Of a DNA stretch of 63,132 nucleotides, positions 46,453 through 56,347 are shown one piece after another (within the stretch, counting starts at the first letter, position 1; every line of letters starts with the position of its first letter). The notes under the pieces are model-generated. The model was given only the letters and a program-made list of their open reading frames with translations, ran no database searches and was not told the origin of the DNA. The stretch is from the IMG/VR virus record IMGVR_UViG_3300035701_006463; one strand, written 5' to 3'. Source of the DNA: an uncultured virus (IMG/VR IMGVR_UViG_3300035701_006463) (taxonomy: Duplodnaviria > Heunggongvirae > Uroviricota > Caudoviricetes). A program made the position numbers and the translations under genes.

Positions 46453-49281
46453 TTGTCGGAGGCAGCTCAAGAGAATGCAGCTATATTGGCTGCACGGGCA
46501 GCTGAAGCTGCTGCTGAGAATCAGAGAATGAGAGAAACTGAGGCTACTGCTAGGATGGCCCAGAACGCTGTCTTGCAACAGGAGGCGGCTAAGGTGGCTA
46601 TTGTGGTGACACCGGAGACACAGGAGGCAGCACAAGTGCAGGCTGTGATAGCTGCTTATCAACAGATGGCAGCCTCAAGACTCCCCACTATAGAAGAGGA
46701 GAGGGCGGTACCTCTTCCTTCTATACCCGTAGCACCTGTGGTTGGTGGAGTGGTTACTGAGGACGCAGCTCGGTTAGCCCAGTCCGCTGCTATTCAGGAG
46801 GCTATGCGGGCAACTGCCCAAGTAGCCGCTGTAAAGGCTGGGTATGTTCAAGTGGCTGAGTTGAAGACAGGTGAGAGGGTTCTATCGGAAGGTAAGGTCG
46901 GTACAGAGTATGAGGGCCAAGCCGCTGTGACATACACCAACTATCAACTCAGCCAGATTGATAAAAACATTAGTCTGGCACAGGGCATGATAAAAACAAT
47001 TACTGATAGTTATACAGCTTCACAGGCTCAGCGCCAAAGTTACCTCGCTAATAAGGGTACATATACAAAAGATAGTTGGGCAACATACGAGTCCAACTAC
47101 AACAAATATAATCAACAGGTCCAAGATGCTCTAGCAGAGCTTAACTCTTATATGGCTAGGGCACAAGATTCGAAGAGTAAGGGGCAAAAAGGCGTTAAGG
47201 ACATACAGAAGTGGCTCCAAGGACTGAAGAAGGCACAGGCAGAATACGGAAAAATGAAAAAGGCGGCTGGAAGGGCTGCTGTGGAAGCGGAGGGGGCGAG
47301 GGTTAGGGCGTTTGGAGTGGTTGCCAGTACCAAGATGGGTCAAGAGCCTTGGTGGACAGCGACTTACAAGGATAACGGTATTGAGAAGACAGTTAAGTTC
47401 AGGACAGTGGAAGAGGCTGAACAATTCTTGGCGGGTAGGCAGAAGACCCTTATGGACCAGCAAAGGGCGCGTGCTGGTATTGATAGGATGGCGGCCCAGC
47501 TAGATACTCAGGCTACCCAGTTAGCGGAACTTATACATGGTGATATTTACAACAAGGAGGACGCTGAGGATTACATAAACCAACTCCGTCCATTGGTGAC
47601 CTCGTCTACCACACCCACACCTGATCCGTTGGGGGACTTGTGGTCAGCCACACGGGAAAAACTGGGAGAACTCGAGAAGGGGGCGCAGTGGGAGAAGGGT
47701 AGGGGGGCATATCACATGGTACCTCCTTCTAGGGTCTCTCCTGAAGTAATGCAGGCTAGGTTAGTACATTTGGCACTCTCAGCCACTGTTGGGGCAGCTA
47801 CTACTCTTCCATACGTAGTGTTAGGTACTGTCGGTGGGCCTGTTGTGGGTGGGCTTGTACTTGCAGCTATGATGGCGGGACTACTCAACCCAGCTAATCG
47901 GGAGGCTATGGCTGACTTTGTTAAGAAACACCCCGAGGAGTTCGTAGCTGGTTTATTGGGTTCGTTAGCTGCTGGAGTTGGGGTATCAGCCATCAAGAAG
48001 GCTTACACTTCTTATAAGAATGAAATACCTAACGCCCTTCAGAAGCAAATTGATATGCAGTTGAAGACGGATGTTCCTGATCTGCCCTCTATTGATGAGG
48101 GATTACTCGCTGAGGCGGCAAATGAAGTAAGTAATCCAGGCAAGTTGTGGGAAAAGGCAACTTCGAGGGGAGAACTTCCGTCGTGGGACTCTGCACTTGC
48201 TGAAAGGATCTTTAAGAGTATGAGTCCCGAGGAAATAATACAACTATTTAATGAGGAAAAGAAGTATTTTGGTGACTTGTCGGCTGTTGACACCAATGTT
48301 TTGTTAAAAAAGGTGCTAACTGATCTACGGTCGTCCCTAGGAGCTGAGAAGTTCAAGTTGTTGGAGGAGACTGCTCCATGGACATCAGAGGAGCAGATAG
48401 CAGCCAGGTTCCTCAAAGGCCTATCGCCTGAAGACGTAAAGACGTATTTAGATGGGAGTGATTACCAAGTGTTAATGCTCGCCAGGGACGGGAGTTACAC
48501 ACCACAGACTGTTGGAAGTTTAATTTTGAATTATCCCGAGTTGGCAGATCTTGGTGTGACTCCTATCTACCAGCCTTATGGTGCCAATGTTCCAGCATCA
48601 ATTAGACCATACATAGTCTCAATACCTGGTACACCGGGAATGTCTGTTAGTCCATTACTTATAGCAGCGTTAGCAAAGGTGGCTCAACAGGGGTATATCA
48701 GTGAGGAGGACATAGAGTCTCTCATCAGGCAGAACAAAATAGAATTATCTACTTATAAGGATTTTCTCAGTGAAGTTCAGGTGCCTTGGACGTATGAGGA
48801 TTTGGTTGGCTTGACGCTACCCGATATTGCTCAATTAACAGTGCCTGTGGTTGTGCCTATAAATGCTCCGGTAGTTGAGTTCGTTAAGGAACCTATCACT
48901 GAGCCTATTACTGAGCCTGTCACGGAACCTGTTACAGGGACCACTGTAGAACTATTGCATGTGCAAGAGCCTGTACTTGAGGTGCCTGAACTGGTTATTC
49001 CGCTGTTAAAACGTGTCCCATTGGGAAGGAGAGTTCCGATGCAACCAGAGAAGGAGAAGGAGTATCCTCGGGGTAAAGGTACTGAGGCTCGTTTAGATAT
49101 GAAGATTAAGGCTCCGGAGTCTCCTTACCCTGAGCAATACAAGGTTCATGTTTACTATCTCGCTAATGGTGAAATATTACATCCACGGGCTTACTCACAT
49201 AAGCACGCTGTCAGTGAGGCGATAAGGATGAGGAAGGTCAAGTTGAAGCCGGTGCAGATTGATGTGGAGAAGGTGGAGTGA
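46453..49281 (+). CDS. large Ala/Gln-rich coiled-coil protein with central TM segments, putative virion protein
   Basis: 942 aa; helical N-half, Gly/Ala-rich hydrophobic stretch, EP(I/V)T repeats. Confidence 0.7.
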   Translation: MSEAAQENAAILAARAAEAAAENQRMRETEATARMAQNAVLQQEAAKVAIVVTPETQEAAQVQAVIAAYQQMAASRLPTIEEERAVPLPSIPVAPVVGGVVTEDAARLAQSAAIQEAMRATAQVAAVKAGYVQVAELKTGERVLSEGKVGTEYEGQAAVTYTNYQLSQIDKNISLAQGMIKTITDSYTASQAQRQSYLANKGTYTKDSWATYESNYNKYNQQVQDALAELNSYMARAQDSKSKGQKGVKDIQKWLQGLKKAQAEYGKMKKAAGRAAVEAEGARVRAFGVVASTKMGQEPWWTATYKDNGIEKTVKFRTVEEAEQFLAGRQKTLMDQQRARAGIDRMAAQLDTQATQLAELIHGDIYNKEDAEDYINQLRPLVTSSTTPTPDPLGDLWSATREKLGELEKGAQWEKGRGAYHMVPPSRVSPEVMQARLVHLALSATVGAATTLPYVVLGTVGGPVVGGLVLAAMMAGLLNPANREAMADFVKKHPEEFVAGLLGSLAAGVGVSAIKKAYTSYKNEIPNALQKQIDMQLKTDVPDLPSIDEGLLAEAANEVSNPGKLWEKATSRGELPSWDSALAERIFKSMSPEEIIQLFNEEKKYFGDLSAVDTNVLLKKVLTDLRSSLGAEKFKLLEETAPWTSEEQIAARFLKGLSPEDVKTYLDGSDYQVLMLARDGSYTPQTVGSLILNYPELADLGVTPIYQPYGANVPASIRPYIVSIPGTPGMSVSPLLIAALAKVAQQGYISEEDIESLIRQNKIELSTYKDFLSEVQVPWTYEDLVGLTLPDIAQLTVPVVVPINAPVVEFVKEPITEPITEPVTEPVTGTTVELLHVQEPVLEVPELVIPLLKRVPLGRRVPMQPEKEKEYPRGKGTEARLDMKIKAPESPYPEQYKVHVYYLANGEILHPRAYSHKHAVSEAIRMRKVKLKPVQIDVEKVE

Positions 49282-49282
49282 A

Positions 49283-52200
49283 TTGAAGAAAGGAGTTACT
49301 TTTAAGAAGAAGGGTTTTCTAATTGTGAGTATCTTCCTTCTTTCACTTTTTACGGTTCTACCCATCGTGCCGATGGTTGGAGCAGCTCCGACGACGATAG
49401 CAACAAGTGATTCTTCTGAAGCGACTGCCTATAACAATCAGCGTAAGCTTGTACGTATAAGTGACGGAACCCTATACAGCGTTTACGGTGCACCTGAAAT
49501 ATACGTTGCTAAGAGTGTGGATGATGGCGCAACGTGGACAGATGAGACTCTCATCTATGATGGGGGGATACGTCCTTCCATCGCCGTGGGCTCCAATGAT
49601 TACCTACATGTGGTATGGGAAGGAGGAACGCCTAATCAGATATGGTACGCTCTTTATAATGGTAGCTGGCAGACCCCCGTTCGCATCTCGACCTACGCCG
49701 GTATGGAGTCGTATGTCCAGGACTGGTCTTCTATAGCTGTGGACTCCAATGATTACCTACATGTGGTGTGGTATGGACTTGCAACGGGGTACACGACTAT
49801 CGGTCAGATCTGGTATGCTCTTTATGATGGTAGTTGGCAGGAGCCAGTTCACATAAGCACCTATACTGGAATGTCATCAATGAATCAATATAGACCTTCC
49901 ATCGCTGTCGACTCAAGCGACTACCTACATGTGGTATGGGATGGATTTGCGACAGGGTACACAAACTTTTTACAGGTTTGGTATGTGAATTATACAACAA
50001 GCTGGCAGACCCCCGTTCGCATCTCGACCTACGCCGGCATGGAGTCGAATGACCAAATGAACCCTTCTATTGCCATCGACTCAAGCGACTACCTACACGT
50101 GGTCTGGGATGGATGGAACTGGGATGAGTACACAGACTATGAACAGATATGGTACGCCGTCTACACCACAAGTTGGGCTACTCCAGTAAGAATAAGTACC
50201 TATACTGGCATGCAATCATACAACCAAATCTATTCCTCTATCGCTGTCGACTCCAGCGACTACTTGCATGTCGTGTGGCATGGAAAGGCTACAGGATATA
50301 CAGACTACAACAAAGTCTGGTACGCCAAGTACGAGACAAACTGGGTTACTCCCACTGTTCTGCAGGCAACGGGGAAGAACGCTCACCCGAATCTTCGCTG
50401 GAGCTATTGGTGGACTAACGGTGGTGCCGTCGGATACGTGTTTACCGAGGGCACGAATTACCCGTATAACATAAAATTTGATACGATTGCAGGTAGTACA
50501 TATCCTGGTGGAACTCCTCCTCCTACTTCTCTAGTTCTTGCTTGTCCTTTTGATGATGAGAGTGGAAACGTTGCTAGAGACTGGACTACATATGAAAATA
50601 ACGGAACCATAACGGGGGCATCCAGAGTTTATAATGGTTATTTTGGTAAAGCTCTCAGCTTTAATGGTATCAATTCTAGTGTGGACTGTGGAGATGACTC
50701 TTCTCTTGATTTGACAGATGCTTTTGCAATTCAGGCATGGGTGAACCTTACTGTTAGTGCAGCAAACTATAATGCTTCAATAGTTTCTAAGGGACAGCAG
50801 TATGATCTCGCTATCGATACAAGTAGTACAAAGGTTTCTTTTAAGTGGTACAATGGAGGATGGCTGTCTATTTCCAGTTCCAGTTCTTTAGTAGTAGGAT
50901 CATGGTACAATGTTGCCGGTGTATGGGATGGAAATTATGCCTATATATATGTAAATGGTGTTCTGGAGGGTACGTCCGTTGATCTCTCAGCAACTCCACC
51001 ACTGAGCTCCGTTGATAACGTTACAATTGGTATGGTTTTTGGAGGAACTAATTATCTCTCTGGGTTGATTGATGAGGTTAAGATTTATAACTCTACTATT
51101 GGGGTAAGTGATGTATTTAGTGGCATGGGTAGTTTCATAGCAGATTATCCTTATAATGAGGAGATTACAATCAGTAATATGGAGGGATGTGGTAATTGGC
51201 TCTTTGCAAGGCAGAGGGACTATCTGTTTGTTGGTAAGTACGTTAACAGTAACAGTTCCCGTACTTTCGCTAATTGTAGTATGGCGTTCTCTGATGGATA
51301 TAACTTAATAGTGGCGTCTTTCAATGAGTCTACTTCTTTATGGGGTTTCCGTGTTACAGATGCCGCATCCTTAGGTGTGAGTACTTATTCAAGGAGTGGG
51401 AATTTGCTCACAGTAACGTTTGGTATTTTTCTCACCGATAATATATATGACTGTAAGAATGTTGATATTAGTATGTATTGCAGGGACACAAGTGGTAGTT
51501 ATGATGGTTGGGAAGTGAAGGCTATTGACTACTTCCATATCTATAACCTTGGGGGGCTTCCGTCATATGAATACGCTGGGGACGGCTCTAGTATTGTGGG
51601 GGAAGATGCATTTGGCCTCTATGCAAAGACTGCGGGTAGTTGGGCACGTGCTAATGTCACTTGGCAGAAGTTCCAGCACTTTCATGCACTATTTCACTGG
51701 TTCCTCAATACAACTTGGAACTCTACCAATGAGTATTGGAGTTGCCCAGAGGAGCATGCGAATACTGGGTATGTGGAGTTTGGGGTGGATTACTGCTACA
51801 ACGATACGTGGCTTGAGGGTTGGAAAGTACACCTAACCATCATAGATGGTAGTGCAGGAACGTATGGGACAGGTACGAATCACGCATGGGTCCGAATTAA
51901 TGCAACGTGGTATAATCGTGGGATGTACGTGAGGTCCGATCAATTTTATGCCTTCTTTGAGTCCTATCAGTCTACGGATGATAGCACGTATGTCTCGTTG
52001 ATTGTTGATCTTTGGATCGATTCAGCAAATATTTCCTCTGTTGGGGCAGGTAGAATTGCTCCCGAGTATTATGGCATGGACGAGGGGGGGTGGGGTCCTT
52101 GGGCAACTTGGGGTCCGAGGAGTAGCACGTCAGAATCCTCTGTTTTCAAGGACAACATACATGGTATGACCAATGCAACTGTTATAAGTGCTCGAGGAGT

Positions 52201-52999
52201 TTCTTTCTTCACTATTTGGGCGACAGTAAATAAGACATCCGCGGATGCAGGTACTCCAGATTGTGACAGTCACGCTTGGTATATGAGAGACTTCCAAACG
52301 GCTTGGCAGTATTTAGGTTCAGGTGAGATAATGAAGGGGCTGGATGCTGTCTTATTTGTTCCCACACTTGTGGTTGGTATGCCACAGGCTGGGTTCCTTA
52401 GTAGTCTACTTGCGGGTATGGTAGACGGTGTCACTAAGCCTATTGTCAATGCCATCTTGTCCACAGCTGGTGCTTTGGGTTATGCTGTCGCCAGTGTTAT
52501 AAACATGGCATTCGGTTACTTTGGATTACCGAACTTTGTAGGCATGATGACAACAATGATAACAGCTTTTGTGGCGTTTATGTCATTTAGTGCGATTAAC
52601 GTCACGACCTTAATAGTCCAGATTCTCACTTTATTACTTTCTATTACTGGATTTATTGTTGACTGGGTTACGAGAATGGTATCCTTTTTTGTACTCTTGA
52701 TGGCTTATGTTAGTGGCATTTTCAGTGGTGGTTATGGTGCAATAGGGGGTCTCACCAATATCTGGACACTCATTAACTTGAGTGGATGGATAGATGCTGT
52801 ACCAATTTTTGCCACTATAGCGTGGTTTGCCGCTATTGACGATCGTGCTAGGAAGGGTCAAGGATGGTTTGCCACCTTCTGGGGTGATTTAAGCATTATG
52901 ATAGGCGTATTGTCATTCATGATAGACATGTTTTTCCGTATAATTAATTTCGTTACGGATATGGTGTTCAGATTGATGGGGGTGTTCACAAGGAGGTGA
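49283..52999 (+). CDS. secreted, membrane-anchored adhesin-like protein: beta-propeller repeats, LamG domain, C-terminal TM helices
   Basis: Signal peptide; five SIA(V/I)xSxDYLHVVW repeats; G.FGKALSFNG...WYNVAGVWDG...IYVNG...GLIDEVKIYN; many N-x-S/T. Confidence 0.85.
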   Translation: MKKGVTFKKKGFLIVSIFLLSLFTVLPIVPMVGAAPTTIATSDSSEATAYNNQRKLVRISDGTLYSVYGAPEIYVAKSVDDGATWTDETLIYDGGIRPSIAVGSNDYLHVVWEGGTPNQIWYALYNGSWQTPVRISTYAGMESYVQDWSSIAVDSNDYLHVVWYGLATGYTTIGQIWYALYDGSWQEPVHISTYTGMSSMNQYRPSIAVDSSDYLHVVWDGFATGYTNFLQVWYVNYTTSWQTPVRISTYAGMESNDQMNPSIAIDSSDYLHVVWDGWNWDEYTDYEQIWYAVYTTSWATPVRISTYTGMQSYNQIYSSIAVDSSDYLHVVWHGKATGYTDYNKVWYAKYETNWVTPTVLQATGKNAHPNLRWSYWWTNGGAVGYVFTEGTNYPYNIKFDTIAGSTYPGGTPPPTSLVLACPFDDESGNVARDWTTYENNGTITGASRVYNGYFGKALSFNGINSSVDCGDDSSLDLTDAFAIQAWVNLTVSAANYNASIVSKGQQYDLAIDTSSTKVSFKWYNGGWLSISSSSSLVVGSWYNVAGVWDGNYAYIYVNGVLEGTSVDLSATPPLSSVDNVTIGMVFGGTNYLSGLIDEVKIYNSTIGVSDVFSGMGSFIADYPYNEEITISNMEGCGNWLFARQRDYLFVGKYVNSNSSRTFANCSMAFSDGYNLIVASFNESTSLWGFRVTDAASLGVSTYSRSGNLLTVTFGIFLTDNIYDCKNVDISMYCRDTSGSYDGWEVKAIDYFHIYNLGGLPSYEYAGDGSSIVGEDAFGLYAKTAGSWARANVTWQKFQHFHALFHWFLNTTWNSTNEYWSCPEEHANTGYVEFGVDYCYNDTWLEGWKVHLTIIDGSAGTYGTGTNHAWVRINATWYNRGMYVRSDQFYAFFESYQSTDDSTYVSLIVDLWIDSANISSVGAGRIAPEYYGMDEGGWGPWATWGPRSSTSESSVFKDNIHGMTNATVISARGVSFFTIWATVNKTSADAGTPDCDSHAWYMRDFQTAWQYLGSGEIMKGLDAVLFVPTLVVGMPQAGFLSSLLAGMVDGVTKPIVNAILSTAGALGYAVASVINMAFGYFGLPNFVGMMTTMITAFVAFMSFSAINVTTLIVQILTLLLSITGFIVDWVTRMVSFFVLLMAYVSGIFSGGYGAIGGLTNIWTLINLSGWIDAVPIFATIAWFAAIDDRARKGQGWFATFWGDLSIMIGVLSFMIDMFFRIINFVTDMVFRLMGVFTRR

Positions 53000-53003
53000 T
53001 GTC

Positions 53004-53465
53004 ATGGTGGACTGGGCAAGAATCAAGGAGCGAATCACCTCCTTGTATTCTTCAAATAAAGAAGAAATAAATATTCCCGTAGAATGGAAGTCCACTGTTG
53101 AGAAGAAAGCTACTCCAGAGGTGATAGTGAGGGAGGGTAGAAGGGGGGCTGGTGTTGTGGAGGAGCTTCGTTCACGTTTACCAAGGTGGGAGCCAATACA
53201 TGTACCGATCTCTATGAAGATAAGGCGCATTGTGACATTCTTATTACTTATTTCCTTTTGCCTTTCAGCTATAGGATCAGTTCAGGCACTAGTGTCGTCT
53301 ACGTCACTGATTTCATTGCAGTATGCTGTAGCTAGTTTGTTGGTTAGTGCCCCAACAGCTATAATTTTATTGGACTATTTATTTAAGACACGGGCCCTAG
53401 GGGAGAGGACTAGAAAGAAGTGGTATCTGGTGGAAGAGGAGGATGCGGATGCTAATACAAAGTAA
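53004..53465 (+). CDS. membrane protein
   Basis: GGAGGTGA RBS; two hydrophobic helices. Confidence 0.6.
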   Translation: MVDWARIKERITSLYSSNKEEINIPVEWKSTVEKKATPEVIVREGRRGAGVVEELRSRLPRWEPIHVPISMKIRRIVTFLLLISFCLSAIGSVQALVSSTSLISLQYAVASLLVSAPTAIILLDYLFKTRALGERTRKKWYLVEEEDADANTK

Positions 53466-53513
53466 TATAAATGCTCAACGGTATATATTTTATTATAATA
53501 GGGGGTCTGTGGT

Positions 53514-54470
53514 ATAGGTCTCCGGATTAACTTCGGGCATCACTTGAGTCTCACTTATCGCGGTGGGGGAGAAAAGTGGCTCACCCAACTGGCAAATGAG
53601 CTTGTCAAGCGTGGGCACGAAGTTTCAATCCGGTGTCTGCCAATTTGGAAAAGGAACAATCCGGTGGATCTGCTCCCAGAGGTGGACTACAAGGAGGGTT
53701 ATCACCACCATCTGTCCGGGGACATCAATTATGTGACATATAATCCGTTGTCATGGTTGAATTTTCACGTAGATGGCCCAAAGATAGGTGGTATCCACTC
53801 CCACTGTTACTGGCAACCCTTTGCTTGGCAATACGGTCTTCTTCCCAACTTAGCGAACTTTACCCACATGCTAACGAAGCGGTGGGAACTCAGGCGGTTT
53901 GATGCTATACATATCGTAAACCCGATATATCCTCTAAACGTGGAGAATATTTACTATATTCCCGACTTTGTAGATAGTCAGGTCTATTCTCCCTGTGCCC
54001 CGAAAAATGATGACTTCACGGTGGGTTATGCATCCCGAAAAGTGTGGCAAAAAGGACACGATATATATCTTAGGCTGCGGGAGTTACTAGAGGATATTAA
54101 GTTTGTATCCACGGGAAATATCTTAGAGATAAATATGCCCGAGTTTTATTCTAGGAACCACGTCACCCTAGTCCCTGCGCGGGTCGATACATTCGGACTG
54201 GTCAATGTGGAAAGCATGCTATGTGGGACTCCGGTAGTATCTTCGGGTTTACCAACCCATAAGGCGCTGGGGTTACCCATAAGGTATGCCTACAAAATGG
54301 ACCAGTATGTGGATGAAATAGGGGCTCTTCGGGATCTGTTTGAGTCGGGGGCGTATGGTGGTATATCAAAGGAGTGTAGAGAGTCAGCGATGAAGTATGA
54401 CAAACAGAATGTCGTGGATCAACTTGAAAATATGTTCGTGGAGGTGGCAAATGGTTGGAAGGGCAGATGA
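53514..54470 (+). CDS. glycosyltransferase, GT4/GT-B family
   Basis: GGGEKW...L.KRGHEV; KGHD; DTFGLVNVESMLCGTPVV; first beta strand LRINFGH lies upstream of the track start 53544. Confidence 0.88.
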   Translation: MGLRINFGHHLSLTYRGGGEKWLTQLANELVKRGHEVSIRCLPIWKRNNPVDLLPEVDYKEGYHHHLSGDINYVTYNPLSWLNFHVDGPKIGGIHSHCYWQPFAWQYGLLPNLANFTHMLTKRWELRRFDAIHIVNPIYPLNVENIYYIPDFVDSQVYSPCAPKNDDFTVGYASRKVWQKGHDIYLRLRELLEDIKFVSTGNILEINMPEFYSRNHVTLVPARVDTFGLVNVESMLCGTPVVSSGLPTHKALGLPIRYAYKMDQYVDEIGALRDLFESGAYGGISKECRESAMKYDKQNVVDQLENMFVEVANGWKGR

Positions 54471-55030
54471 GCTTGGTGGACGATTTAATGTTTAGGACAA
54501 AGCTTCAAGTGGTGAAGGCACTGGTTCAGCCAGGTCGAACCTTAGATGTGGGCTGTGGGGATCAACGGTTCACAAAATATTTACCCGACCCGATAGGCGT
54601 TGACAAATACCACGAGTGCGACCACATCTACGCTAAACCCGACATCTGGATGGACGCATGTGACTTAAAGTTCCCGGGCAACAGTTTTGATAATGTGACG
54701 TACTTCGATGTCTTGGAGCATATTCCCGAGGCTGATGTGGCAGTAAAAGAGGCGTGGCGTGTTCTGAAACCGAACGGCATCCTCGCTATCACCGATCCGA
54801 ATGATCCTATGTTGTTCTGGGCGCGGCTCCTCTGTCTTAGACCGGCACAGGCATTCAGAGGTAGGCGAACTCCACATAGGGAGACAGAAGACTCCCCGGG
54901 GCACATACATCAGTTCAATAAGGACAAGTTGGTTGAATTGACTGCTCCATTATTTAAATTGGAGAAGGTGATACATCGGATTATATTCACGGGGTATCGT
55001 TTTCGTAAGTGTGCGGATGTGATGTCATGA
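54467..55030 (+). CDS. class I SAM-dependent methyltransferase
   Basis: TLDVGCG, FP.NSFD, DVLEHI, RVLKPNG. Confidence 0.9.
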   Translation: MSLVDDLMFRTKLQVVKALVQPGRTLDVGCGDQRFTKYLPDPIGVDKYHECDHIYAKPDIWMDACDLKFPGNSFDNVTYFDVLEHIPEADVAVKEAWRVLKPNGILAITDPNDPMLFWARLLCLRPAQAFRGRRTPHRETEDSPGHIHQFNKDKLVELTAPLFKLEKVIHRIIFTGYRFRKCADVMS

Positions 55031-56346
55031 AGTTTACAGTTGATGTGAAGGTTCCGAGTATTGTTCACTCACTTCTGGGTCAGATAAAGATAAGCCACAT
55101 TATCCTGTTTTCAGCGATTATCAGATTCTTCTGTTCAGCCTTTCCTTCGGACGGCTCCAGCATTTTCGACGAGGTCCATTATCTGGGAGCTGTAAGGGCA
55201 CTCATGCAGGGACTACCTGCAAACGCCGAGCACCCACCCCTGACCAAAATTATTGTTATGTGGTCCATCCAAATCTTTGGTGACCACTGGTTTGCGTGGC
55301 GGCTACCGATTATCCTGTGTTCGTTGGGGGCAACCTACTTGGTTTACAGGATTGCTAAGGAGTTCCTCGACGAGAAGAAGGCTCTCCTCGTTTCTACATT
55401 GATGATCTTTGATATTGTGTTCTTCATTCAGGGCAACATCTACGTTTTGGAGATGCCTGGCATGATGTTCGGTTTGGCGTTCATACTCTTCTATCTGAAG
55501 GGTCGGTACTGGGTTTCAGCGGTGGCGATTGGGCTTGGCTTCCTGTGCAGCGAGAAGGCATTATTCTTGTTGTTGGGGGTGGCAATTTACCACGTAATGT
55601 TGAATTTCCGTAGGCCCACTAAACCTGTGATTAGGAAAGTTGGTGTATTCCTTGCACTCTGTGTAATAGTTGGCGCCGGTGGTTTAGCCTTATCAGACTC
55701 AATATGGCCTCCGTCGAAGTCCACGCGCATCAACATCAACATCGCTAACACGATCTTTCAAGACGAGTTTGGGAACCCGATTCGAACCGAAACGGCGACC
55801 CAGACGCAGACCTCGTATGAGTATATGGCTAATCCCATCGACCACGTGTTGTGGATGATGTCTTACTACTCAGGCATTAACAGCCACCTTGAGACACCAC
55901 CGGAGAACTTCCGTCCACCGTGGACTTGGATTCTGCCCATCGGTAACTGGAATAACCCACCAGTGTACTTGTCAACTGTGATTAGGACTCCCACGGGATC
56001 GTACTTTCCCGTAAATTATAGAAGTCAAACGCCTGTATTCATTTGGTTTATGACCCTTCCGATAACCGTCCTGTGTTTGTGGTACTTCCGCGAAAAGGAG
56101 AGTAAGTTCCTCCTCGCAATGATATGGGGGACGTTTGGTCCGTGGTTGGTTTGGGAACCGTTCAAAAACAATATGCCCTTCAATCATTACATGATCTTCA
56201 CCATTCCATTCTTATGTTTAGGAATCCCGTGGTTCTGGTGGAAGACCCGCCCAAAGTACTGGCAGAGCATAATGGCCGTGCACCTATGTTTGGTCATCAT
56301 ATACTTCTGGGCTTTTTTCCCTGTTGGGATTGTGAGGACGATCTGA
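55027..56346 (+). CDS. GT-C glycosyltransferase, protein O-mannosyltransferase (PMT/GT39)-like
   Basis: Multi-TM; FDEVHY...EHPPLTK...WRLP; PWTW and HY motifs. Confidence 0.82.
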   Translation: MKFTVDVKVPSIVHSLLGQIKISHIILFSAIIRFFCSAFPSDGSSIFDEVHYLGAVRALMQGLPANAEHPPLTKIIVMWSIQIFGDHWFAWRLPIILCSLGATYLVYRIAKEFLDEKKALLVSTLMIFDIVFFIQGNIYVLEMPGMMFGLAFILFYLKGRYWVSAVAIGLGFLCSEKALFLLLGVAIYHVMLNFRRPTKPVIRKVGVFLALCVIVGAGGLALSDSIWPPSKSTRININIANTIFQDEFGNPIRTETATQTQTSYEYMANPIDHVLWMMSYYSGINSHLETPPENFRPPWTWILPIGNWNNPPVYLSTVIRTPTGSYFPVNYRSQTPVFIWFMTLPITVLCLWYFREKESKFLLAMIWGTFGPWLVWEPFKNNMPFNHYMIFTIPFLCLGIPWFWWKTRPKYWQSIMAVHLCLVIIYFWAFFPVGIVRTI

Positions 56347-56347
56347 C

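Noticed and set aside
46453..49281. Tape measure protein
   Set aside because: Ala-rich helices and TM segments are compatible, but no tail tube, chaperone or baseplate genes are recognisable nearby
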